DNA of 64,000 nt from Janthinobacterium lividum. GTDB taxonomy: Bacteria > Bacteroidota > Bacteroidia > Cytophagales > Hymenobacteraceae. Positions 20,017 through 28,908 of the stretch are shown piece by piece (the first letter of the stretch is position 1; every line of letters begins with the position of its first letter). The stretch is from NCBI GenBank assembly GCA_050954845.1, contig JBPBQK010000039.1:37783-101782 (forward strand), written 5' to 3'. Under the pieces are notes generated by a model. The model worked only from the letters and a program-made list of their open reading frames with translations. It was not told the origin of the DNA and searched no databases. Made by a program: the position numbers and the translations under genes.

Positions 20017-20024
20017 CAAATATA
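20017..20024 (-). promoter_or_regulatory. Bacteroidota sigma-A -7 element for the leader ORF and secDF
   Basis: TATATTTG on the minus strand (TAnnTTTG), with TTG about 21 nt upstream. Confidence 0.65.
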
Positions 20025-20060
20025 CCTATTTCAAGTGGCAACTGCCAAGCTACCTAGGTT

Positions 20061-20528
20061 TCAGCTATCGCGCAGCCCCTCAAAAGCATATTGGGCCCCG
20101 CTCCAAAACTCATCGAGCGCAATGAGGCGGGGCTTAAAAAACGAAATCAGCGCCGGCCAGTCGTCGCGGCTGAACAGGTTGACGGGCTGCATCTCGGCAT
20201 AAATGCGGCTCAGGGGCAGCCCGTTGGCGTCGGTGGCGTGCTGCTCCCAGCGCCAGGGCTCGCCCAGCGCTTCGTGCAGCAGGTTCTTCAGCTCCAGAAA
20301 TTGCTCGAAGAACAACTCGCGCACGCCCGCATCGGGGTGCGTGAGCTCGATGGCGATGCTGGCGCGGCGGTTGTCGGCCTGCATGCGGAAATACACGTGC
20401 TTGAGGCCGGTTTTGTAATTAATCCAGTTGGTGGGGCCGCCTTCAGCCGAGGGCACCGGGGCCATGTATTGGCCAAAGGTGGTCCAGAAGGCTTGGCGGA
20501 GCTGGGTGGCTTCGGCTTTGCTGTACAC
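20061..20528 (-). CDS. DUF4268-like protein
   Basis: 'MYSKAEATQLRQAFWTTFGQYM...NWINYKTGLK' pattern. Confidence 0.75.
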   Translation of the reverse strand: MYSKAEATQLRQAFWTTFGQYMAPVPSAEGGPTNWINYKTGLKHVYFRMQADNRRASIAIELTHPDAGVRELFFEQFLELKNLLHEALGEPWRWEQHATDANGLPLSRIYAEMQPVNLFSRDDWPALISFFKPRLIALDEFWSGAQYAFEGLRDS

Positions 20529-20544
20529 TTACTTACCTAACGTT

Positions 20545-21147
20545 TTAGCGCCGTAGCGGGCGCAAATCAAATTGAAAGCCGGGTAGTACCGGCTCGCCGC
20601 TCAGCTCCTGGTCGTAGCCCTGCACAGTTTCGGCGGGCTGGCCGGCGCGGTACACGTAGGCCGTTTCAGCCTCCACATCGAGCAAGAAGCCGAGCTGCAT
20701 ACCGTTGGCCAAGTAGGCCTCCATTTTGGCTTGTAGCAGTTGAACGTCATCCGAAGGCGATTTCACTTCCACCATAAACTCGGGGCACACCGGCGGAAAT
20801 TTGCGCCGCTGCTCGGGCGTGAGCTGCTCCCACTTAGCTTCGCTCAGCCACGCCGCATCGGGCGAGCGTACGGAGTTATCGGGCAGCTTAAAGCCAGCCG
20901 AAGATTCATACACGTGACCCATGCGGGTCCGTCGGTTCCAGTGCATCAACTGGTAATTAGTCTCGGAGCAAGACTCACTCGATTCGGAACCTGCGGGCGG
21001 CATAACAGTGATGTCTAGTTGGGGAGTGCGCTCCAAACTCAGCGAAGGATTAGCCTGGCACAGCTCAAAAAACTCATCGTCGCTGAGCCGCGCCAGTATC
21101 GCGCCGTGCAACACCGGCAACTCCGGAAACTCGTAGGTGGGCCGCAT
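20545..21147 (-). CDS. Uma2-family (PD-(D/E)XK) endonuclease-like protein
   Basis: 'RSPDAAW', 'PEFMVEVKSPSD', 'KMEAYLANG', 'LPGF'. Confidence 0.9.
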   Translation of the reverse strand: MRPTYEFPELPVLHGAILARLSDDEFFELCQANPSLSLERTPQLDITVMPPAGSESSESCSETNYQLMHWNRRTRMGHVYESSAGFKLPDNSVRSPDAAWLSEAKWEQLTPEQRRKFPPVCPEFMVEVKSPSDDVQLLQAKMEAYLANGMQLGFLLDVEAETAYVYRAGQPAETVQGYDQELSGEPVLPGFQFDLRPLRR

Positions 21148-21203
21148 AGTGATAAATCAAGTAAGACACTAGCCAATATACGGCCGGCCGTTCGCTTTAG
21201 AAG

Positions 21204-21830
21204 TTATATCTGCTCGGCCACCTTGCACTTCAAAAAGCCCGTGAGTACGGCCAGCCCATTCTCAAAATGCCGGTTGTTGGGGATGATGATGTCGGCGTCG
21301 TCCTTGAAGGGCTGGATGTACTTCTCGTAGGTCGGGGCCACGTGGTTGGTGTAGCGGTACAGCACATCGTCGAGGCCGTAGCCGCGCTCGTCGCGGTCGC
21401 GGATGATGCGGCGGTGCAGCTTCACATGTTCTTGGGCGTCGATGTAGACTTTGAGGTCGAGTAGCTTCGCGATTTCCTCAAAGTAGAATACAAAAATGCC
21501 TTCGACCACCACAATGGGCGCGGGCCGGAACACCAGGTCCTGCGGCACCATGTTGGGGTTGTTGAAGGTGTACTCTTTGCGGCGCACCTCGAGGCCTTGG
21601 CGCAGGCTGCTCACATCGGCGGCGTAGGCGGCCGAATCGATGCTGCCGGGTAGGTCGAAGTTTTCAAACCCTTGGGAATCACGCTGCTGCTGCTCGCGTG
21701 GGTGGTAGTAGTTGTCCTGCGAGATGAGGCAGATATCGCGCTCGGGAAACTCCGACAGCAGGCGCTTGAGAAACGTAGTTTTGCCGGAAGCGCTGCCGCC
21801 CGTGATGCCGACGAGAAAAGGGTGTTGCAT
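21204..21830 (-). CDS. udk: uridine kinase
   Basis: GITGGSASGKT, SQDNYY, NFDLP, VVEGIF, RRIIRD..ERG. ATG 21830. Confidence 0.93.
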   Translation of the reverse strand: MQHPFLVGITGGSASGKTTFLKRLLSEFPERDICLISQDNYYHPREQQQRDSQGFENFDLPGSIDSAAYAADVSSLRQGLEVRRKEYTFNNPNMVPQDLVFRPAPIVVVEGIFVFYFEEIAKLLDLKVYIDAQEHVKLHRRIIRDRDERGYGLDDVLYRYTNHVAPTYEKYIQPFKDDADIIIPNNRHFENGLAVLTGFLKCKVAEQI

Positions 21831-21839
21831 AACGGGGGA

Positions 21840-21847
21840 CAAAGGTA
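21840..21847 (-). promoter_or_regulatory. -7 element of the udk promoter (very short leader)
   Basis: TACCTTTG on the minus strand, about 10 nt upstream of ATG 21830. Confidence 0.6.
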
Positions 21848-21982
21848 CAGGCGATACCGCTTGGAAACCTGGCTAAGGTAGCACGCGCCGCCCGCCGTCC
21901 GGCGCGGCCCGCTGGCGCAAAGTGACGCCCGGCACTACAAACCCAGCGCGTAACTTGCGCCGAACAAACCGCTGCAATACGC

Positions 21983-23119
21983 ATGAAAACGCTCCTTCCC
22001 GCCGCGCTAGCCGCCCTGCCGCTGCTAAGCCAAGCCCAGGCCCCGGCCGAAAAATTTGTGCTTGAAGGCAAAGTGGCCAGCGCCACGGCCGCCACCAAAG
22101 CCTACTTGCGCTATAACCTCGACGAGCGCCGAATCGTCGATTCGGCCGTGGTGAAGAAGGGCGCTTTTGCTTTTAAAGGCACCCTGCCCAACCCCGTGGC
22201 GGCCACGCTCTTTCTCAGCCACAAAGGCGCGCCGCTGGCGAAGTCGCAAGACGCGGTCCCGCTGTATCTGGAGCAGGGCACCATCAAAGTCACCACCCCC
22301 GACTCGGCCAGCAAGGCCACTATTCAGGGCACGCCCTTGAATGCCTCGGCGGCCCAGCTGAAAGCCCAAATCAAGCCCCTGCGCACGGAGTATGATAACC
22401 TGCTGCGCCAGTACATGGCTGGCCGCGCTGCCCAAATGCCGGCCGACCAACTGAATAGCCTCGAAGCCCGCGCCGATGCCAATGAGGAAGCCCAGCACCA
22501 AGTGCAGTTCGCCTACGTCACGGCCCACCCCGACGACCGGTTTAGTCTCTTTGTGCTGCCGCAGGCCGTGGGCTATGCCCCCGATGCCAAGGACTATGCC
22601 ACACGTTTTGCCCAGCTTTCGCCGCGCTTGCGCGCCATGCCCCAGGGCCAGCGGATAGCCGAAAAAATCAAGCAGTTGGAGCGCGTAGCCATCGGGGCCA
22701 CCGCGCCCGATTTCACCCAAAACACGCCCGACGGCAAGCCGCTCGCGCTGTCCTCATTGCGTGGTAAATATGTGCTCATCGACTTCTGGGCCAGCTGGTG
22801 CGGCCCTTGCCGCCGCGAAAACCCCAATGTAGTAGCTGCTTACAACGCTTTTAAAGACAAAGGCTTCACCATCCTGGGCGTGTCGCTCGACAAGGACACC
22901 GGCCGCGAAGCTTGGCTGAAAGCCATCGAGAAGGACGGCCTGGCCTGGAACCAGGTTTCGGACTTGAAATATTGGCAAAACGCCGCCGCCAAAGAGTACG
23001 GCGTGCAGGCCATCCCCCAGAATTTCTTGCTCGACCCCGATGGTAAAATTGTCGCCACCAACCTGCGCGGCGAAAAGCTGCAGGAAACCTTAAAAGAATT
23101 GCTCACTCCGGTGAAGTAG
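21983..23119 (+). CDS. TlpA-family disulfide reductase with N-terminal DUF4369-like domain
   Basis: Signal peptide; FWASWCGPCRRENP; IPQNFLLD. Confidence 0.92.
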   Translation: MKTLLPAALAALPLLSQAQAPAEKFVLEGKVASATAATKAYLRYNLDERRIVDSAVVKKGAFAFKGTLPNPVAATLFLSHKGAPLAKSQDAVPLYLEQGTIKVTTPDSASKATIQGTPLNASAAQLKAQIKPLRTEYDNLLRQYMAGRAAQMPADQLNSLEARADANEEAQHQVQFAYVTAHPDDRFSLFVLPQAVGYAPDAKDYATRFAQLSPRLRAMPQGQRIAEKIKQLERVAIGATAPDFTQNTPDGKPLALSSLRGKYVLIDFWASWCGPCRRENPNVVAAYNAFKDKGFTILGVSLDKDTGREAWLKAIEKDGLAWNQVSDLKYWQNAAAKEYGVQAIPQNFLLDPDGKIVATNLRGEKLQETLKELLTPVK

Positions 23120-23161
23120 GCGTTCGCAAAACCAGTGTAAGGGTTGTTCGCGCTGCTAAAG

Positions 23162-23262
23162 ACGTCTGTCATTGCGAGCGTAGCGCAGCAATTGCATCCA
23201 GGGTGTGCCTACAGGTGGCCATTCTGGTGCGATTGCTGCGCTACGCTCGCAATCACAGACGT
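23162..23262. repeat. REP-like inverted repeat (35-bp arms)
   Basis: Arms 23162-23196 and 23228-23262 have 2 mismatches; located between convergent genes. Confidence 0.85.
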
Positions 23263-23289
23263 TTTCCATTTTGTTTAAATAACTGTTAA

Positions 23290-23880
23290 TCAGACAGCTG
23301 CTTCTTCCTGCAAAAAGGCAACAAGGCTTTCGACTGCCCGCGCCCGGTGGCTGAGCATGTTTTTCTCAATCAGCGTCATTTCGGCGAAGGTGCGCCCGTC
23401 GCCTTCGCTGGGCACAAATACTGGGTCGTAGCCAAAGCCTCCTCGCCCAATGGGCGCGCCGGCTATCATGCCCGCCACCTCGCCGCTGAATTCGCGGGCC
23501 TCGGTAGCTGGCCGCACCAGTGCGATGACTGTGCGGAAGCGGGCCTGGCGGTTGGGTTGGGTGGCCAGCTCGTGCAGCAGCTTGGCTACGTTGTCGGCGG
23601 CCTCGCGCTGGGGGCCAGCGTAGCGGGCCGAGTACACGCCGGGCTCCCCATTGAGGGCCTCTACTTCTAGGCCGGTGTCATCGGCAAAGCAGGCTACTGC
23701 GTAGTTATCAAATACATACTGCGCTTTCTGGCGGGCATTGCCTTCCAGCGTGGGCTGGGTTTCGGGCAGCTCTTCGTGGCAGCCGATTTCGGCCAGGCTG
23801 ACTAGCTGCACCGTAGCTGGCAGCAGCGGCCGAATCTCATCGAGCTTGTGGGCATTATTAGATGCGAAGCAAAGGCGCAT
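23290..23880 (-). CDS. rdgB: RdgB/HAM1 non-canonical purine NTP pyrophosphatase
   Basis: ASNNAHK, ENARQKA-like segment, ADDTGL, PGVYSARYAG, GFGYDPVF, SHRARA. ATG 23880. Confidence 0.93.
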   Translation of the reverse strand: MRLCFASNNAHKLDEIRPLLPATVQLVSLAEIGCHEELPETQPTLEGNARQKAQYVFDNYAVACFADDTGLEVEALNGEPGVYSARYAGPQREAADNVAKLLHELATQPNRQARFRTVIALVRPATEAREFSGEVAGMIAGAPIGRGGFGYDPVFVPSEGDGRTFAEMTLIEKNMLSHRARAVESLVAFLQEEAAV

Positions 23881-24010
23881 AACTAAAAAAGAGAATAAGG
23901 AAGGGGTATTAAAACTAAAAAACCGCGCTGTCCCAGCGCGGTTACAAAAACAAAAGTGCAATTCAGTAACGAAAAATTAATTCTTTTTGCCTGCGGCAAT
24001 TGGCAAACGC

Positions 24011-24517
24011 TTACCGAAAAGCCAGTTTGAAAGTAGCCCAGGAACGCTGCACGGTGATTTTTACAGTGCTGGTTGTCGGAAGAAAATCCAACTCGGAGCT
24101 CTCGGATGGGGTGGCAAGGCGGCCGCTTGCAGGGCCCGGGAGTGGGGTGCTATAAGCGGGGCTGGTAGCGAAGGAGTAGGTAGGTACCATGCTACTAAGC
24201 GACACGGGCAAAACCTGGTTTGCAGCCTGCCGCTCACTAGCTAATTGGCTGGTTGTCTGTGGGAAAGCAAGCGTAGGTTTCCACGATAGCCGCGACATTT
24301 CGGTACTTCCAGTGGTGGCACCCACCAGCAGGCTTGTCGCTAGCCCGGCCCCGCTTAGCAGCAGCGCCGCGCCCACGCTCAGCCGGAAGCTCCAGCCCGA
24401 GAACCTGCGTAGTACATAGAGGTGTTGCACAGATAGAACCAGCCGCTGAGACGGTCGATAACCAAATATAGGTGAAAGCCCCCGTCTACCAAGAAAATAT
24501 TCGAAAAAGCCAAGCAC
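24011..24517 (-). CDS. possible secreted Ser/Thr/Pro-rich hypothetical protein (start uncertain)
   Basis: Fills the gap between rdgB and the rpmE promoter and has a hydrophobic segment GAALLLSGAGLATSLLVG. No family motif. Confidence 0.35.
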   Translation of the reverse strand: MLGFFEYFLGRRGLSPIFGYRPSQRLVLSVQHLYVLRRFSGWSFRLSVGAALLLSGAGLATSLLVGATTGSTEMSRLSWKPTLAFPQTTSQLASERQAANQVLPVSLSSMVPTYSFATSPAYSTPLPGPASGRLATPSESSELDFLPTTSTVKITVQRSWATFKLAFR

Positions 24518-24578
24518 GCAATTCCTTCAGTGGTAGCGCTTACTTGCGGGGGGCGTTGATTTTGTGGTAGCTAATTCG

Positions 24579-24586
24579 TACTTTTG
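24579..24586 (+). promoter_or_regulatory. -7 element of the rpmE promoter
   Basis: TACTTTTG with TTG at 24556-24558 (20-nt spacing). Confidence 0.7.
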
Positions 24587-24639
24587 CAGTCCCTTCCGCA
24601 AAATCGGCAGGGTTTACTAGGTAAAAAGGCCCTCCCGAT

Positions 24640-24909
24640 ATGAAAAAGGACACGCACCCCGAGTACCGCCAGGTAGTTTTTCAAGACACCTCGTCGGACT
24701 TCAAATTTATTACCCGCTCGACCATGACGTCGGCTGAGACGATTCAGTGGGAAGACGGTAACACCTACCCGGTGATTAAAATCGAAGTAAGCAGCGCTTC
24801 GCACCCCTTCTACACCGGCAAGAACATGTTTATCGACACGGCCGGCCGCGTGGAGAAATTCCGCACGCGCTACGCCAGTAAGGCCCAAAGCAGCGCAGGC
24901 AAAGAATAG
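24640..24909 (+). CDS. rpmE: 50S ribosomal protein L31 type B (no Zn-binding Cys)
   Basis: [35 protein letters not shown]. Confidence 0.96.
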   Translation: MKKDTHPEYRQVVFQDTSSDFKFITRSTMTSAETIQWEDGNTYPVIKIEVSSASHPFYTGKNMFIDTAGRVEKFRTRYASKAQSSAGKE

Positions 24910-24954
24910 CTTTTTAGGAGCTGTTAGCTCTTGGCTGCTAGCTGTTAGCTTTTT

Positions 24955-24990
24955 AAAACTCCTTTCGGTACCTCCGAAAGGAGTTTTTTT
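24955..24990 (+). terminator. intrinsic terminator after rpmE
   Basis: aaaactcctttcgg-tacct-ccgaaaggagttttttt. Confidence 0.8.
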
Positions 24991-25083
24991 GTGCACTAGC
25001 CCGGCTAGCTGAGTGTAATTTTGGGAGAAAGATTCAGCAAGTTACCAGCTATCAGCTGTTAGCTAATAGCTTACAAAAGAATA

Positions 25084-26310
25084 ATGCACGTTCTGCTCTT
25101 CGACGACCCGGCTATTCGGCCGCACCTGCTGCCCTTCACCTTCACGCGGCCAGTGGCGGCGCTACGCTGCGGCATCCTCACGCTGGCCGAAAAATGGCAG
25201 CGCCGCTTGGGCGCGCCCACCTTGGGCTACCTCACGCAGCCCTACTTGCAGGCCAAGTTTCCGGTGTGTGCCGATGGGGTGGTGACGGGCCCGGCGCTGG
25301 TAATTAACGGGGCAGTGTGCCCCGACGACCTGCTGGTGCGCCAGGTGCAGGCGCTGGCACCCGGCGAGGGCCTCTACTGCGATGAAGTGCTGGTAGCGGC
25401 CCACCTCGCCGATGCCGGCCAGGTGGCCGAGCTTATCCAGGATGGCCTGCGCGAGCATCGCCAAGTGGCTGAACCCGTTACGCTTATCAGCCGGCCCTGG
25501 CAGTTGTTTCTGCGCAATGGCGCGGAAATTCGCCGCGATTTTGCTTTGCTTACGCAGGGCCGCACCTCGCAGCCGGTGGGCGATGCCCACACCATTGTGT
25601 ACGCGCCGGAAAATATTTTTATTGAAGAAGGCGTGAAGATTCGCGCCGCGATTCTCAACGCCGAAAGCGGCCCTATTTACCTGGGCAAAAACTCGGAGGT
25701 GCAGGAGGGCGCTATTATTAAAGGCCCGCTGGCGCTGGGCGAAGGCGCGGTGGTGAATGCCGGAGCCAAGCTGCGTGGCGACAATACTATTGGCCCGTAC
25801 TGCAAAGTGGGCGGTGAGGTAGGCAACAGTATCTTGCTGGGTTACAGCAATAAAGGCCATGACGGCTACCTCGGCAACTCGGTTATCGGCGAGTGGTGCA
25901 ACCTGGGGGCTGACACCAACACTTCGAACCTCAAAAACAACTATGCCCCGGTGAAGGTGTGGAGCCACACCGCCCGCCGCTTCGTGAATACCGGCCAAAC
26001 CTTCTGCGGCCTTATGATGGGCGACCACTCAAAGGCGGGTATCAACACCATGTTCAACACCGGCACGGTGGTGGGCGTGGGGGCCAATATTTTCGGGGCG
26101 GGCTTCCCGCGCACGTTCATCCCATCGTTTAGTTGGGGCGGCGCGTCGGGGTTCGAGACGTTCAAGCTCGATAAGTTTGCCGAGGTGGCCGAGCGCGTAA
26201 TGAGCCGGCGCGGGCTGAGCTATGACGCTGGGGAAGTGGAGATTATAAAAAACGTTTTTCAGCAAACAACTGAGGACCGGGTTTGGGAGCGGGCAATAAA
26301 AGAAGCGTAA
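25084..26310 (+). CDS. GlmU-family putative sugar nucleotidyltransferase with left-handed beta-helix
   Basis: LLPFTFTRPVAALRCGILT N-terminus; hexapeptide repeats; KGHDGYLGNSVIGEWCNLGA. Confidence 0.9.
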   Translation: MHVLLFDDPAIRPHLLPFTFTRPVAALRCGILTLAEKWQRRLGAPTLGYLTQPYLQAKFPVCADGVVTGPALVINGAVCPDDLLVRQVQALAPGEGLYCDEVLVAAHLADAGQVAELIQDGLREHRQVAEPVTLISRPWQLFLRNGAEIRRDFALLTQGRTSQPVGDAHTIVYAPENIFIEEGVKIRAAILNAESGPIYLGKNSEVQEGAIIKGPLALGEGAVVNAGAKLRGDNTIGPYCKVGGEVGNSILLGYSNKGHDGYLGNSVIGEWCNLGADTNTSNLKNNYAPVKVWSHTARRFVNTGQTFCGLMMGDHSKAGINTMFNTGTVVGVGANIFGAGFPRTFIPSFSWGGASGFETFKLDKFAEVAERVMSRRGLSYDAGEVEIIKNVFQQTTEDRVWERAIKEA

Positions 26311-26349
26311 CATTATCTTCACTGGCTCACTCACTGGTCCCGTTTCGTT

Positions 26350-26643
26350 ATGCCCGACGTGCAAACTAAATCTGATACGTTGCTAGCCTACCTGCTCGGT
26401 GGGGTAGGTCTGCTGGCTATTTCTATTCTGCCATTGGTTAGCGTACTTATAGCGGACGTGCAATTGGCAGGTAGGCTGGCACTGTTGGCTTACTGGCTAC
26501 TCGGCGCCTTTGCTATCAGTTGGGCCGTGCGCCGCTTCTCGAAGCTTGGCCAGCGGGTCGTAGCCGTGGTTGCTGTAGTAATTGGCTGGTACATAGTATT
26601 CCAGATACTGATGGTATTAGAAACGATGGTTTTTAGATTTTAA
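26350..26643 (+). CDS. small membrane protein (about 3 TM)
   Basis: Three hydrophobic segments; fills the operon gap. Confidence 0.6.
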   Translation: MPDVQTKSDTLLAYLLGGVGLLAISILPLVSVLIADVQLAGRLALLAYWLLGAFAISWAVRRFSKLGQRVVAVVAVVIGWYIVFQILMVLETMVFRF

Positions 26644-26646
26644 ACG

Positions 26647-27780
26647 TTGCAGTTCGCCGACATCCCCAACCAAATTGCTCTTAAGGAAATCCTGCGCCAG
26701 TCGGTGCAGCGCGGGCACGTAGCCCACGCCCAGCTTTTTCGCGGGGCCGAGGGCTCGGCGGCGCTGCCATTGGCCCTAGCCTACGCGCAGTACCTCAACT
26801 GCGAAGACCGCGCCGACGATGCTGCCGATAGCTGCGGCCACTGCCCTGCGTGCCTGAAAATGGGCAAGCTGGCGCACCCCGACCTCAACTTTATTTTGCC
26901 CACCACGACCACCAAGGCCGTGCCTAAGGATGCCACTAGCGCCAAGTTTGCCGCCGAGTGGCGCACCTTTCTGGCCGAGAGCCCTTACCAGGGCTTCAAT
27001 GACTGGATGCAGCACATCGGGGCGGAGAACAAGCAGGGCAGCATCTCGAAGGAAGAAGCCGGCTCGCTGCTCAAGCTGGTGTCGCTCAAGGCGTTTGAGG
27101 CCAAATTTAAAATCGTCGTCCTTTGGCTGCCCGAGTTGATGCACCCGGCCGCCGCCAACGCGGTGCTCAAGCTGCTCGAGGAGCCGCCGCCCGCTACCAT
27201 TTTCCTGCTCGTGAGCAATGAGCCCGAGCGGCTGCTGCCCACTATCCTGAGCCGCGTGCAGCCGGTAGTAGTGCGGCCGTTTTCGGAAGATGAGATTGCG
27301 ACGTATATAGCTGAACACTACCACATACCAGAGGTGAAAGCCCGGCAGGTAGCCCAGCTTGCCGAGGGCAATTTGGGCGCGGCCATTGCCAGCCGGGAAA
27401 AGAGTGCTGACCACGATTACGCCGACTTTTTTATTAAGTGGATGCGTAAGTGCTTTTCAGCCAAGGTGGTAGATTTGCTGGCCCTGGCCGACGAGTTTCA
27501 GAAAATGGGCCGCGAAAACCAGAAAGAGCAGCTCAGCTTCTCGCTGGGGCTGTTGCGAAAGGTGCTGCTTTTCGGCCTCGACCCGCAGCTGGTGCCGCAC
27601 CTGCCCAGCGGCGAGCAGCAGTTTGTACACGGTTTCAGCCGGTTTGTGACGCCCAACAACGCCGACCAACTCACCGAGGAGCTAAACACGGCCCACTACC
27701 ACATCGAGCGCAATGCCAACCCGCGCATGGTGTTCGTAGATGCTTCGCTGCGCCTGGGCCAGCAGCTGCGCCGCGCTTGA
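26647..27780 (+). CDS. holB: DNA polymerase III subunit delta'
   Basis: HAQLF, CGHCPAC, HPDL, AANAVLKLLEEPP, LLPTILSR. TTG start. Confidence 0.92.
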   Translation: MQFADIPNQIALKEILRQSVQRGHVAHAQLFRGAEGSAALPLALAYAQYLNCEDRADDAADSCGHCPACLKMGKLAHPDLNFILPTTTTKAVPKDATSAKFAAEWRTFLAESPYQGFNDWMQHIGAENKQGSISKEEAGSLLKLVSLKAFEAKFKIVVLWLPELMHPAAANAVLKLLEEPPPATIFLLVSNEPERLLPTILSRVQPVVVRPFSEDEIATYIAEHYHIPEVKARQVAQLAEGNLGAAIASREKSADHDYADFFIKWMRKCFSAKVVDLLALADEFQKMGRENQKEQLSFSLGLLRKVLLFGLDPQLVPHLPSGEQQFVHGFSRFVTPNNADQLTEELNTAHYHIERNANPRMVFVDASLRLGQQLRRA

Positions 27781-27847
27781 ATGTAAAAGGGAGTGGCACT
27801 CCGTTGCCATGCAAGCGCCAAAACGGAGTGGCACTCCGTTTTACATT
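27780..27847. repeat. REP doublet (two self-palindromic GGAGTG-G-CACTCC units, inverted)
   Basis: Arms 27780-27805 and 27822-27847 have 2 mismatches. Confidence 0.85.
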
Positions 27848-27862
27848 GCCGACCTTTGCTTT

Positions 27863-28795
27863 ATGCGCCGTCCCACTTGCTTTCTGCTAGCCGCCAGCTT
27901 GAGCCTGGGCACCGTGCGGGCGCAAGTAGTCGGCCCCGACCCCCTGCGCGCCGATACCGGCATCAACCAGGGCCGGTTTATCGGGGTAGTGGCGGGCACG
28001 GCCGTGGTTTACGCCCTGACTACCTACTTCTTAGGCAAAACCTGGTATACCAAGCGCATTCCCTTCCACAGCTTCAACGATAACGGCGAGTGGCTGCAAA
28101 TGGACAAGGTAGGCCACGCTACCACGGCTTACGCCATCAGCCGCGGCGAGTACGAGCTGTTTCGCTGGAGCGGGGTCAATGAGCGGGCCTCGGTGCTCAC
28201 GGGCGGCCTCATCGCGCTGCTTTACCAAACGACTATTGAGGTGTTCGACGGCCGCTCCGAAGGCTGGGGCTTTTCCAAAGGCGACATGGCCGCCAACCTC
28301 AGCGGCGTGGCCTTGTTTATGGGGCAGCAGTACGGCTTTGGCGAGCAAAAAGCCAGTTTGCGCTATGGCTGGCGGCAGAGTATCTACCCCGGCTACCGGC
28401 CCAATTTGCTGGGTAAAGCCATTGGCAGCCAGATGCTAAAGGATTATAACGGCCAGCAATACTGGCTGTCGTTCAATGTGGCTTCGGTGCTGCCGGTGGG
28501 GCCCTCGTTTCCGCGCTGGCTTAACCTCGACCTGGGGTACAGCGGCAGCGGTATGACCGGTGGCCACGCCAACCCGCCGTATTTCGACAGCGACGGCAAC
28601 GAGGTGAAATTTCGGCGCTACCGCCAGTTTTACCTGTCGCCCGACATCACGCTAGCCCGTTTGCCCGGCGTGCGCAGCTGGGGTGCCGAGCCGCTGGTAA
28701 GCGCCGGGCAGTTCTTCAAAATTCCCGCACCTTCGTTGGAGTACAACCCCGTGCACGGGCTGCGCGTCCATTCGTTACTATTGCCTAAAGACTAG
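27863..28795 (+). CDS. DUF2279/YfiM-like protein
   Basis: 'FNDNGEWLQMDKVGHA', 'EVFDG.SEGWGFS.GD', 'KDYNGQQYWLS'. Confidence 0.85.
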   Translation: MRRPTCFLLAASLSLGTVRAQVVGPDPLRADTGINQGRFIGVVAGTAVVYALTTYFLGKTWYTKRIPFHSFNDNGEWLQMDKVGHATTAYAISRGEYELFRWSGVNERASVLTGGLIALLYQTTIEVFDGRSEGWGFSKGDMAANLSGVALFMGQQYGFGEQKASLRYGWRQSIYPGYRPNLLGKAIGSQMLKDYNGQQYWLSFNVASVLPVGPSFPRWLNLDLGYSGSGMTGGHANPPYFDSDGNEVKFRRYRQFYLSPDITLARLPGVRSWGAEPLVSAGQFFKIPAPSLEYNPVHGLRVHSLLLPKD

Positions 28796-28803
28796 ATTTT
28801 TAG

Positions 28804-28896
28804 CGCGAAGTTTCGCGAAGTTCAACCGCAAAGTTTGGCAAAGTAGGTTGATGCAGCTTTTATTGACTTCGCGCTTACACTTCGCGATACTTCGCG
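28804..28896. repeat. cgcgaagt / acttcgcg short-unit inverted repeat cluster
   Basis: Four forward units (two degenerate) at 28804-28844 with about 10-nt period; three reverse units at 28866-28896. Confidence 0.7.
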
Positions 28897-28908
28897 TTAA
28901 ACCAAGTT

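Noticed and set aside
20545-21147. Uma2 nuclease as part of an anti-phage island
   Set aside because: Stand-alone gene among housekeeping genes with no methylase or other defence partners; such genes are common and often multicopy.
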